A DNA stretch of 64,000 nt, taken from contig NMRA01000058.1 in the NCBI GenBank assembly GCA_002633005.1, forward strand, positions 573,508 through 637,507, read 5' to 3'. Position numbers and translations under genes: made by a program. This DNA is from Phoronis australis (lineage: Eukaryota > Animalia > Phoronida). Every line of letters begins with the position of its first letter. Positions within the stretch are counted from its first letter, which is position 1. Below are positions 12,476 to 24,376 of the stretch, in pieces. The notes under the pieces were generated by a model. That model ran no database searches, had not been told where the DNA came from, and saw only the letters and a list, made by a program, of their open reading frames with translations.

Positions 12476-15400
12476 TTAGCCAACATCACCGGAACCCTCT
12501 GAAACATTGAAAACATTGGAATTTAGTTAGCATAATCTGTCCCCTAGGCTGTTGACTATTTGACAGACATAATGTTTTTCATAATGCCAATTCATAAAAA
12601 GCGTTTACAGTGCAGTGATGCAAAATGAACTGATTTCATTAAGTAAGACTTGAAACAAAACAGCCATTGGTTGGTAGTTTGGTTTTCGTGTGCATTTTCA
12701 TGTTATAAACGTATAAGCCTCACCTGGAGGCAGTGTTGTGGTCTCGATATTGCACTCCAATGACGACTCGTATACAGGAACTAGCCACACCCAGTCGCCA
12801 ACGCCTGCGTTGACCTCTACACACTTAAGCCTTGACTTCTGGCCGTTGATTTTGCCTGCAAAATACCGCAAATCCAGTTTAATTACTCAATAAAAGAGGT
12901 AAATTCAAGCCTGAATTAGTGAAATATCGTCGTGTAATTAACAGGTTAATCAAATTCCTACGACCATGAAGAAATTCACCTTTATTCCATGTATTGTTTG
13001 AATAAGCTCATCAAATTACCTGTTAGAAAACAAACTTGTGTTTTTGTTATATGTTCTCAAACAAAGCAATGTCTTCCTATTTTATGCTTCGCATTGTGGC
13101 TTCTTACTACAAATTCATTCACATTTGGACCTTACCTTGAAGCGTGTAGCCCAATGGACAGCTGAAATCGCATATTCCGTTTCTAGAGTTGATATTGGTT
13201 GAGCTAGAGTGAGAACAATTCCACAAGATGGCGGTGTTAGGAATTCCAGCAGACTGCACTTGATTAGGTAGATTGGGAAAATCGGAGCACAAAATTTCTG
13301 TAAAAAATTCAAAAGCTAAGTGTTTGAGATCAATGCAACCAAAAAGACCACGTCAAAAAATTTTCACAATACCCTTACTATGGCTGTGTCTCACCTCAAC
13401 GTTGATCACGATTCTCAGTTCACCGGCGTATTTGCACTTTCAGTCACGTGGTGTGTTATTATACCTTGCATGCACATACATCGGTTGCAACAAAATGCAA
13501 TAAGGCCCCTACGCGGGCGACTCTGTTTCCATGGCTGAAACCGAGCCCGCCATGACACGTAAACTTTTTAAGCTTGCTCTGAAGCAACGAAATCACAGGT
13601 TCGAACAACTTGAAGGTGAAACCGATTTAACTGTAAGTGACCTAAATCAAAAACAGTTTTTAGCAGAAGGCGTGATCTTACAATCAACAAATGCCACGAC
13701 ATTTAAGACAAAATCTTTCGTTACCTGTTGACGGCGTAACGCTGATGGTTGACTCGTTCGTAGTGGTCTCTTGAAAGAACCTGATGAGTGGCTTGTTGGA
13801 ATCTTGACTCCGCTGGGTGGCACTGGTTATTACACTCTCTACTAGATTGGCCACGTCCAAGTTCTCATTTTCCGCTGTTGAGACCTTTTCCTGTGTTACT
13901 ATTGGCTGCAGGAGGCCTCGATTTAAATCTAGTGAAAATGAGGCCACCACCGTTCCCGTGGAAGACATGCTGTGGAGAAACGGAAGTAAAAAGTGAAGAG
14001 TCGCGTGATTACTTTATGGCAGCAGAGTGCGCCAAGACAGATGAATACGAAGATTGTTTTTCATCTTTACATAGCTTCAACTTTGCCGTTATTACTTTAA
14101 ATTCATAAAAACAAATGCTCTCCATTTACCTAAGTGATTGCAGGACATCTTAGTCTAGCTGCAGGTTGAACCATTTGTTAGCTTGGGAACCAATATCTTA
14201 GAACGATACCTTAAGTGTGCCAATATATTGCAAAGGATGATGGCAATATACTTACGTGAAACTAACAACGGTACAGTTCTTTAACGCTTCGCTGTCTGAC
14301 AATAAACTGAATGACTCTCCAATCTGCAATTCACAATCAAGAGGGCTATGTTAACGACAACTTTCGTCACCATGCATCTAATTTGATAAATATTGTTTTA
14401 AAAATTAATTATAACCCATGAAACTATAATATATATTTTGAATATTGATGATCACAGAAACTATGAGCCCGAAATTAAAGACCAGCCACTAATAATACGT
14501 GACCTTTTTCTTGTCTTAGCTGTCAAATCCAATCTAGAGGAGACGGCAGTGTGGCGCAATTCTTTTTCTTCCAAACGCTCTTCTCCACAGACGGCATGCT
14601 ATCTGACCTCTGATAAACGTTTATTCTCTATTAAAATTCACAAGTATGTATGGAATCTTTTCTTGCAGTCTCTAAATCATTAAGTGTGAAGGAGTTCCAG
14701 AAAACAATTACGTACCCCTTGATCACAAAGTTCCTTCTCTAGCTTTTTGAATTCGGCACTAGAAGTGTTCAAGAGATCCGATGAGAAATTCAGCTTGTTC
14801 AGAGCTATTGAGCCCTGGTAGGTTGTGATATCTGAAATTAAAACGGCCACAGGATTATGAAGACATTTCTACTCTCAATAGTTTAATGAGGAGTCAGAAA
14901 AATGTACTTACAGAAACCAGATTTCGAAGTTTATTGTCAATGTTAAGTTTGATGCGATATTTCTAGTAACTACTGCCGATTTACGTGTATGCGTCACACT
15001 TCTTGAATTTCATTTCTCGTTACGCAGGAAATATCGATCAAGAATGTTTGTCATCATTAGAGGGAAGCCGTCTCTCAAACCACTTGCTTTGTATCAAATG
15101 CCGTTGCCTTTATGAAAGCGCGAGGTGTTCTTTTCGCTAACAAGAAAATTTCAAATCCCTTGGCGGGAGCATCAGTAAAGATTGCCACGCATTAGCAAAA
15201 CGATTTCGCTTTCTAAATTGGCTAGCAAACTCACCGTCAGGCGCCGCTGTTGTAGTGATTATCACTTGAGTATCCTGCTGTTGGCTTGCTCTACCTAATA
15301 AGGCTGTGAACAGAGAGACAGGATTAGTGAAGAGCGCAAATCTTGCAAATTTGTCCAGAAGTTTACGTCGGAAGCTACTGCAAAACATCATTCTGAGCCT

Positions 15401-18400
15401 CAGATTTTTGTTGAACTCCAAAGTCGGCGAGTTAATGAAATGACAATAGTTCACAAAAGTGACGAACTGGGAGTTACTTATAAACTGGAAGGTGTAATCT
15501 CCCTGTCAAAATTAAAATGTTATGCACCTGCTAAAACAGCTGCGGCGACAAGAGCTAGAGTAACAAGAAGAGTGATCCCGGTCCATAGCCACAGTCGCCT
15601 TCTTCTTTGGACTCTTTTTCGTTCTGAAGGAGTTCTTTGTGTGAAGTGTGAAGACGAACTCTCAGAGGGAGCGCTGCGATAGAGGTTACTTCTTTCGTAG
15701 AATGGTCGTTGGTTGGCACCGAATGTCCGGTAAAGGCCACCAGAAAACTGCAAGAGAAGCAATCAAACAATGGTACTATTAGGTTAGATTAAGCGTCAAG
15801 GTATCTATGAGGTGTTGCAGATTCTCGTTTCTACGTCACGGCATAGTCACGAGTGGGAAGTAAACATTGGTGTAGAATTCCTTGGGCGCAACGATGCCGC
15901 TGAAAACTCGTCTTTTAAATGGCTTTAAACCAATTTGATTTCCACACCTGAAGTTGGTTAACTGATATTTGTATTTAAACTAAACTAGTTTTAACTTCCC
16001 CTGTATGCTTTCTGTGTTTCAATAATTCCATATGCAATATATTTTTTATCATAGTAAAGTTTATTTCTTTCAAGGGATGTGCTTTCACGAAGTATTATTG
16101 CTGGAGAAGCTTTATAGTACCAGTGTGTGCTCGAAAATACTATCAGTTGTGTACTAGGCGCAGGCCCATATGAGGCTCTGGGTCACCTGTTCAGTCACTT
16201 AGTATACATGTAGTGCTGCCACAGAGGAACATAAAGTGTCCCCTTTTTCTATCCTTGGTCAGACCTGCCTCTGGCCATGAGTCTGGATCCACACTTGGTG
16301 TGGTATACATGTAGTTGTTCCACTGGGACGCCTGGTGTGGCGTACACGAAGTTGATCCAAGACTGGTGTGGCCCATTATTTCAGTGGCAGAGTTCGGCCT
16401 TTAGAGTTTGGGGAAGGTCAGTACAAGTATTTCTGAGCAAGGACACATATCCGTTTATCCGTCAAATAATAATTGCAGCGAGCTGTCTGGTACACGCTGT
16501 ACCAGACGTGCACAGGCCGTTCGATCAGGTGGGCCGATTGCACTGCTGACCATTTTTATGCGAGCTGAGAAGTTAGAAACTTGACTAAAGAGTCTAGCAG
16601 TTTGTCCCAGTAGGATTCGAACCCATGATCTTGAGAAGGAATCGGCTACTTCTCCCACTAGGCCACCCGGCGGCTTCCTAGCTCCTCAGTCCAGCACGAG
16701 CTGGTTTAGCTTGTGATGTAAATCACCTCACGCCCACATTTCGTAGGTCAGCTTAACTGGCGATTCTGACCTTTTTGGTTCAACTGTTATCCATAAAATT
16801 AAAAAATACTTAACCCAGGACAACGCACGAAACAAGCACGTTTAGAACATTAAGCGTCACGAGCACACGGTTCGTTACACAAGTGAACTGATGATAAAAT
16901 ACGTCACTAAGTAAAACTGTGAGCAACGTGTAGCGCTAAAATGTGCCCACAACTACATAGCACCTGGTGTGCTGCAAGAGGTGTATATTAGTGTCGTGTA
17001 TGGTCAAAGCCAATGTTATCATGTCCTGGTCATGCAACTTTATGTCAAGCTTCATCAAAAATGTGTCAAGCAATTTCTGCTATAATCAACGAACTAGCAA
17101 TATCATGTCATAGTTTAATCAACAGGTGTCGGCGCATCTCAATCATAGACCCGTGCGTCAAATTTTATTTAAATCTGTTAAAGAAATTATGGCAATTCGT
17201 CATAAACCATTTTCTGGAGTTAAAACAACAACAAAAAATTTTTAGATGCGTTTTCGCTTTTCCAAAACAATGTCGTCCTGCCTGTGTTTATCCTTTGTTT
17301 CAAATGAAATATAGTACAATGAATCGTTTAGTATTGCCCGGCTGTCGACCATACTGTCTCAGCAGCTCCAACTAACACGCCGTGGCAAGCAACCAAGGGC
17401 AACTAACGGCACCTGTGAAGCTCAAACTTGATTAATAATCTCAGTAAGTGATGAGACCTATATTTTAACAGTAAGTGGCCCAAGTTAAAAGTTGTTTTTC
17501 AAGGAAGGTGCGGTTTTTTATGCCTATTTAATTGACACTCAGCTGATTCATCAAAACGTAAAAATACCATTCATTCTTAGCAAGGACAAATTAGAGAAGG
17601 CGTGAAAGCGGAGTGAGATTGAGACGAAGACATAAAACTGAGGCAATATAACTTGTCTATACAAAACACGCCCATGTTAAGTGATTTTCAGGGGTAGGTC
17701 TACGCAAACATTACTCCATCAAGTTCCAATTTGAATTATATCACCGCATTATTGGCAATCATTTGAAGGGTGAAATTTCTTAAGCCAGTTTGAAAAGTAG
17801 ACGTTTTTATTACGTAATCAACGAGACCAGATAGGAAATGATTCTTTAACGTATTGTTAGCTTCCAACTGAACTGATTGTACTTCATTTTGATATTCTAT
17901 TCGCGTAAAGACTTTATAAAACGTTTTCTACAATAATTTTCACTTTTTTTTCAAATTAAGAAATGAAACAATGCCGCGTCTTACCGTTGTCATGCCGCTT
18001 CAAGGAATAGTTTATGGTCATGTTTGGAGCTTACGCGACACGATTAATGAGTAGCGATGTCTATTTTAGGAGTGCCGGCTCATACGTTATACGTCAGTAT
18101 GGGCGTTAGTCTCTTCAGGACTATTTGTTCAAGAAGAAAGGGGTAATTGAAAAATGATAGGCTTTATACAACCGCGGTATGCATAGATTTGATGAGAACC
18201 GCAATGGCAAAATATTAACAAACTCCACTTCCGGCTCCATTGTTACGTGAATTGTAAAACTGCTATCGAACGAAAGGATGAGATCATTTTTTTATAGTTA
18301 AGCCACAAGAATGAACTACAAACAAACCAGTAACTCGAGTCGGAAATTCAACAACCCCAAAAGGTGTACCGTAAACAGCACTTCTACAAAAGGGCATTGT

Positions 18401-19928
18401 TGAAAATAATTCACAAAAATGAGAGAGGTTAATGCTAGTACACGAATTAAAGTGTTTCCGTTTATTAATTACATTGTATTAAAAAGCGACCTGTTGCTAC
18501 TAAAACACTGGACCGTTCTCAGGTTGGTATGCACGAAAAACTAAGGGAAATCACTGAGTAATGTCAGTTGGTACACTTAATGAATATCTTGAGCTGATCA
18601 AGGAGTTCAGAAGGTAGAAACGTATGTCAAAAAATGGTCGGTATTCGATACGATTCAAGTAACATTGAATGTTATGGACTGCCATTCATTTAAATAGATG
18701 TTAATGCGGTAACGTAGTGTGATACTTCTGCTGTATGAGTAAGTTTTCTTAAACGAGAAACGTACAATACAAGTGCACTCTTGGCATAGAGAAAGTGCGT
18801 AAAGGTGTGTTGAATTCATAACATTGACCAACGAATCGTCTTGGAGGAATGCGTATTCCCACGAAACCTGACTTGAGACTTCTCTCGGCGATTATCTCTA
18901 TATTGCTGCGCGTTTCTACTATTCTTGTTATGGGCGTTTCAAGTTTGACAACCGCGTGTCAAATTGAAACACTTTTCAATAAAATAGAAATATGAAAAGT
19001 GACGTTCTTATATACAACTTACTTATCAAAGTTATTTTCAAGAAAATGAAGGACAGAATCAAAAAAAAGGAAACTCCCCCGTTCAAGAAAGTTGAAAGAG
19101 GAGTCGTGTACTGAGAAAACCAAAAAAAATCTAATAATTCTCTGACAGGGTTTCCAATAGCGCATTTGTTTAACGCTCAACTCTAAATAGGATAATCAAA
19201 TCTACTATAGCAACCGTAAATAAACTCTTGTAATCCCTAAATACTGCTAATCTAGGTTTGATTTTCACTCGACGGTGATTAAGAGATCAAATACAAGAGC
19301 TGTCAAATAGCCAATATCTTACGGCTAATGTCCGGAAAGAGATTCCGCGATGCAGGAATGAATTAAAACAATTGTGAACTCTTTTAGTCTACTTCGAGTA
19401 TCGAAGAAAGAGTCCCGATCAAAGTGACCGTTACCCACCTAGAAAGCCCGAAAACTCGTGCACGTGCCCCAAAATGCAACCAGTTCACGTACTGAGTGCA
19501 TTCAGTATAGAAAAATCCAGATTCATTGCAGTAACTCACAGCTACTGACTAGATCTTTTCAATCTATCCTTTTCCTACGGATAAACTCAAAGAAATGTTC
19601 AAATAATGATGACACACTAGTGCACGTGTAAATCTGCGGTAGCCGACACTGTAGCAAACTCTGTAAACCTTGTAAATTGAAAAAAATAAAATAAATTGGG
19701 CTGTCCTAGTCATCCAGGAGTCATGTACTGGATATTTCGTTTCTTAAAATATATTAATAGAAACCAGTGGATTTCACCTATGTTGTAGAAAAATGAGATG
19801 CAGTAGAAAATAAAGATCAAACACGCCACGAGAGGGAGTGCAACAAGAGAGTGCAATTCGCTAACTATCCCTCCCGTGACCGAAGTACTGATGACAACTG
19901 AACTTACCAACGGTTGTTGCGTGGCCAT
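12476..19928 (-). CDS. Spliced gene, ~351-aa type II single-pass membrane protein with SEA domain, one Sushi/CCP domain and C-terminal EGSGD motif
   Basis: Coding exons, all GT-AG and phase-consistent, total 1056 nt: 19928-19908 (MATQQPL); 15747-15528 (basic RRRR then TM LWLWTGITLLVTLALVAAAVLA); 15303-15235 (TM end plus Thr-rich stalk); 14831-14716 (DITTYQGSIALNKLNFSSDLLNTSSAEFKKLEKELCDQG); 14323-14256 (IGESF..KNCTVVSF); 13969-13725 (MSSTGTVVASFSLDL..); 13297-13136 (EILCSDFPNLP..NC..GICDFSCPLGYTLQ); 12855-12724 (G..LKC..GDW..LECNIETTTLPP); 12498-12476 (EGSGDVG*). Several N-x-S/T sequons lie C-terminal to the TM. The choice of first exon is less certain than the internal exons. Confidence 0.88.
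16140..16674 (-). mobile_element. tRNA-derived SINE in an intron of the SEA gene
   Basis: Pol III A box TGGCCTAGTGG (16665-16655) and B box GGTTCGAATCC (16623-16613), no complete cloverleaf. The head is homologous to the copy at 62662. The 3' boundary is approximate. Confidence 0.75.
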
Positions 19929-20603
19929 CCTCCTCAAACCAGCTAAATAAATGATCGAATTCTTAAGATCCGCAAAACGGCGCGTGCAAGCGCTGTTGGA
20001 ATTTGAATAATTTTCTCATCTTATTTTGAGCTCATCCTGATCAACTGAATTCCAACCATTGCCACAATCCTGTCAAGAAATTCATATTGGCTATTACTGG
20101 TCTTATCGCAGTTTATTGAAGGTTTAGTAGCTTTTGTTTACCATGTCGCTGCTCGAGTACTCCGCACTGCACACTACTGAATGGGCATTAACTCGACAAC
20201 ATAGCCCCACCCACTATGGTCAACAGAACAAACCCATTTTACAAAATATATTCTTTAGTTCGCTTACAAGCTGAGTGAGTTTGCGAAAACAAATATCGCT
20301 GCACATGTCATTGTGTTCATTATTCATTTTATGCAGCATGATCCGAAAGCACGAACTAACGTTCAAGACGTGCCGCTTGAGAAGGGTGACTTTTTCACGA
20401 CCAATTTAAATTAATTGTCCCTTTTTAAGTATAACAAAATCCCCTCAGAACCGGTGTGTTTGCGGCAAAATTCCCCACAAAAATATCACTTTGAGTGTTC
20501 AAAACATAACAAAACTCTTCTCGCCAACTACACAAATTTTCAGAAGGGTGTTCACGGCTATCAATATTTTTGAAACTTCTTTTGCGCAAAAGATGTCCTC
20601 ATC

Positions 20604-22330
20604 ATGAGTCCACATATAAATGTGAGGTCACATTATGTCATCATCCGCCTCTGTCCGTCAAGCAGCAGCAACCCCATCTTCAAAACCGTTGGGAGGATGA
20701 AATTTTGCAGACCTGTTCCTAGCACGAATGGGACGACACGGATTCGACTACGACTGTGCCGCCCTCTTCGTGGTGAATTTATTTTTTACGTTTGCCTTCA
20801 TATTTTTGAAACTAGGATTTCAGGAAACCTGGCAATATGTATATAATATGACGACACAGTCCCATTTTCGGATGGATTCGACGTATTCTGCACCAGCTAG
20901 TGGCCATTTTTATTGTTTTTCGAACCCGATTCTCTATCAGCCAAACCACTTTAAGGATCATAATAAAAATTTGCATACCGGGATTTTCCGTAGTTGAGCC
21001 CACCCGATGAAACGCCCACGAATGTTTATTCAGAAAATGGTGCCAAATTAACGCTCATGAGCGTTTATTTAGTGTAACAACTTCAGTGGTCTCAAGTGTC
21101 CAGATAGTGGGATTGTTTATTCGGAAAATTTCCTCTTGAAAGCCCACAAGGAGGTCTGAAAGTGTCATGCACATTAATTTTCTTGTCCCACTGTGCAGAT
21201 ATTGATAAGTTGTTACACAATTCACGTTGTTAAGAGATATCAACCCATTCACATCACTCCTTTAAAGGACTACCAATCCACCCACAAGGGCTGTTACACT
21301 GATGAAAATACATATCGCGCTTCAAGCTGGCTTTTGCGTAACCAAAACTTTGACTTTCCGTTTATACTCCCACCCTACCTTTTCCGAATAAACGCCCGGG
21401 CGTTTACTTGGTGTTACTAAAACGCCTGAAATGGTTGATTTTCCGAGTGCACACCCATGGGCTTATCAGTGGAAAATCTACTGGGAAGAGGCCGGTTGAT
21501 GAGGGTTTTCAGAAGTCTCCGTCTGGTGGACGTTGTTTTTGTGTCCAAGGCTGTATCTCTTACACCGCTCGCAGGAATGCTATTAACTTTGACGAGTGCA
21601 TTTCTATGAAAGTAACAACAAATGACGACTTTCAGACGGTTCAGATTACCGCAGTGGCTCCAAGGGGCAATTTTAGTTTTTTCTGGGGGGGTTTGCTCCG
21701 TAATTTGGAAGATCTTTGATGGATTTTCTATGAAGATACATATTGTACGCCACGTTGTGACTACTTTACTATTTTTGAGTCTGGATTTTGGCGCCCGCTT
21801 CTCTATCAGTCAAACCTCTCTAAGGATCGTTATGAAAAGTGGCATGTGTTCCTATTGGAAGTGCATGGCTGACGATGATTTTCAGACGAGTCCGACTGCT
21901 GCGGCACCCTCTAGAGGCATTTTTGTTTGAGCCTCAACCTTCCACTGAAGTTCCTTGATGGATCTTCATAAAAATGTACGTTCTTCTATTGAGAGGTACA
22001 ACTGACGCGGATTTTGGAGCAAATCTGATTACTGCGGAGTCCACCAGTGGCAGTGTTGCTTGTCTTTGTGTTTGACGTGATATCTATCTTTAATGGATGC
22101 TCATGAAACTTCGCATATCAGTTACTATCACACAGACGACAGTGGTTGCCTTATTCCAGACGGGTGTGATTTATGATGCGAACCCTAGTGGCCTTTCGTT
22201 GTTTATGTGTCTGTCGTCCGCTTCCCTATCCTCCAACAAGCTTGTAAAATCACGATGAAAGGTGACAGGCATGTTCTTAATGAGCAGATCATTGAGGACT
22301 GGCTTTGCGCCCCCTAGTGGGAATGCTTAA
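20604..22330 (+). mobile_element. Helentron-associated non-autonomous element (HINE/DINE-1-like), degraded and probably composite
   Basis: Degenerate 5' hairpin ATGAGTCCACATATAAATGTGAGG followed by CTGTCCGTC. Internal repeats with CTAGTGG motifs are homologous, in reverse orientation, to 26316-27629. A second subTIR-like ACGCCCACGAATG at ~21012 suggests nesting. The 3' boundary is approximate. Confidence 0.7.
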
Positions 22331-24376
22331 CGTTATGTTAGATACCTTTCCTCGAAATTTCATCAGCTCCAACAGTAACTATTCGCTTATATAACTTTTT
22401 CTGGAAATTTTGTCGAAAAACTAATCAAGTGAATTTTTCTACATGTGTGAAGCTTGGTTGGTCACAAGATGGCGGTGTGTTCCTGTAAGTCCCGAATAGG
22501 GGTAGGAACAAAGCGTCAGTAAGCAAATTAAGGGCTTGTGTTTTGCATAGTTTCTCTACTTTCAGTCAACACTATTTTCACGCACTTTTTTGTAACCGGA
22601 AAATTACACGTGTGTATTTCTAAAGTAGTTGTCGTAAACCATTGTTCTTAATGATGAGGTGCGCCACAACGCATCACCAAGGAATGTTTGCTTGTGTGTA
22701 CGCGTTGTTCCTTTGCACACGTTTTTTACTCCATTATTCATAATCACGGAAAGGGGGTGGAGCAACTTTAAATAACTTGCGACATGCTCCAACGGTCACG
22801 TCAACAGTACACGTCACGTTTGAGTTGAGCTTTATACTACGCTACCTAACGGGTGAAAATTCGTCCACTACACGCAACACGTGTCACGTGTCACAACTTA
22901 CAAGATCGAATGATTGTCGTGTAGCTGGACCTGCAGCATCGTTCCTTATGGCACTTTTAATCCACAGATTACAAAATTAATGTTCAATATTGCGATAGAA
23001 AACAGTTTGAAAGATCAAGGTGAATGCTGAGTGGCCTTACCACTATTGGCGGAATATCAAACGATGGTGTTGGCGCAGCAGGTTCCCGGTGTAATAAATC
23101 ACCTTGGATGGGACGGTGGGGACGGTAGAGATTGCCAGATATCTGTAATGAAAGTAAAACATAAATGATACTGAAAATAGAATGATATTGCAATAAATAA
23201 CCTGTGGGTGTCCTGTGTCCAAACGCGCGCAAGTGACCGAACGCGTTATTGTATGCAGGGTGCGTTTCAAGCAGGCATTACATTAAATTGTAGGGAAAAA
23301 TACTAAAATGGACTCGGATGCGTAAGTACATAGAAAATATTAGTCAAATACTTGTAAAAATCAACTAAACTAAAAATTCCATGAGAAGCATTTTTTCCAA
23401 TCCTGACTAAACTATTTTTATTTCATACAATGTGAAGATCCCCGTAGACTGGAAACGATTTTAGATGCCGTGTCCCTTCTGAAGGCGAGATACTCGCGAG
23501 TAAGAGTTACTTTGATCTCGAGCAATATTACGCGAAAACTTGCGCAATCTCTCCAAAGTGGAGAACAATTACGCATGGTTCAAACCCGATAAGTTTTTCA
23601 ACAGTTATTTTACAATTTTACGCATAAAATAAATAAAAACATTAACTGAAACAATGAAAATACCATAGGCTTGGGCAGAAGGCCGCCGTAATTTGATTTC
23701 ACTTTGTTACTGGCTTGCTCATTCACTCCACATGAAGCGCTGATTACTAAACAAATTCACAGCAATAATTTGAAAAGCTATTGTGCGCCGCGATGCCGTC
23801 AGTTCTGTCAACAATAAAACATGTTTCAATATACGACTCTCCAAAACGACCATTTGATTACCGGGTGGGGCTCGGTTAACACAATACGGGAAGACACAAA
23901 TTGTGGGAATTGGATATTTTTTTATTCATGAAATGAAATAATTTATGGCACTTGCTGTCGTCCTATTTAAATTCGTTTTGCTGAGAACATGGGTGTGTAT
24001 TTTATTTATTGGGCATATAATGAATATAAAGCCTTTGCAAATAGCGATAACTAAGCGACAGATGTTCGATTTTCACTTAAGATCTTGACAATTTGGCGCG
24101 CATCTGCACTTTTTCTATACAATTCCACAAATTTAGAAAGTTTTCCAAATATCGACCAATAGATTTGAAGTCAAAAGTGTTTCACAAAGCTTTGTTAGGG
24201 TCAGAAAATATTTGCAGAAATTTATGTTGTTATGGCACTGACAAATTGCAACGCCTCTGTGATCGCATGAGGGCGCTGCGAAGGAACGTCGAACATCGAT
24301 CCTTAGACGTCTATTCGAATAGGCTTGTCCTGAAATAGCGCAGCACCACTCTCGTTCAATGCCGTTCAATGCAACG

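Noticed and set aside
13509-13534. Possible alternative terminal exon (AMETESPA*) that would drop the Sushi domain
   Set aside because: Weak pyrimidine tract and no other support.
16600-16674. tRNA gene (also 62662-62735)
   Set aside because: A and B boxes are present, but there is no proper acceptor or anticodon stem and the homologous sequence continues past the tRNA-like part, so it is a SINE head.
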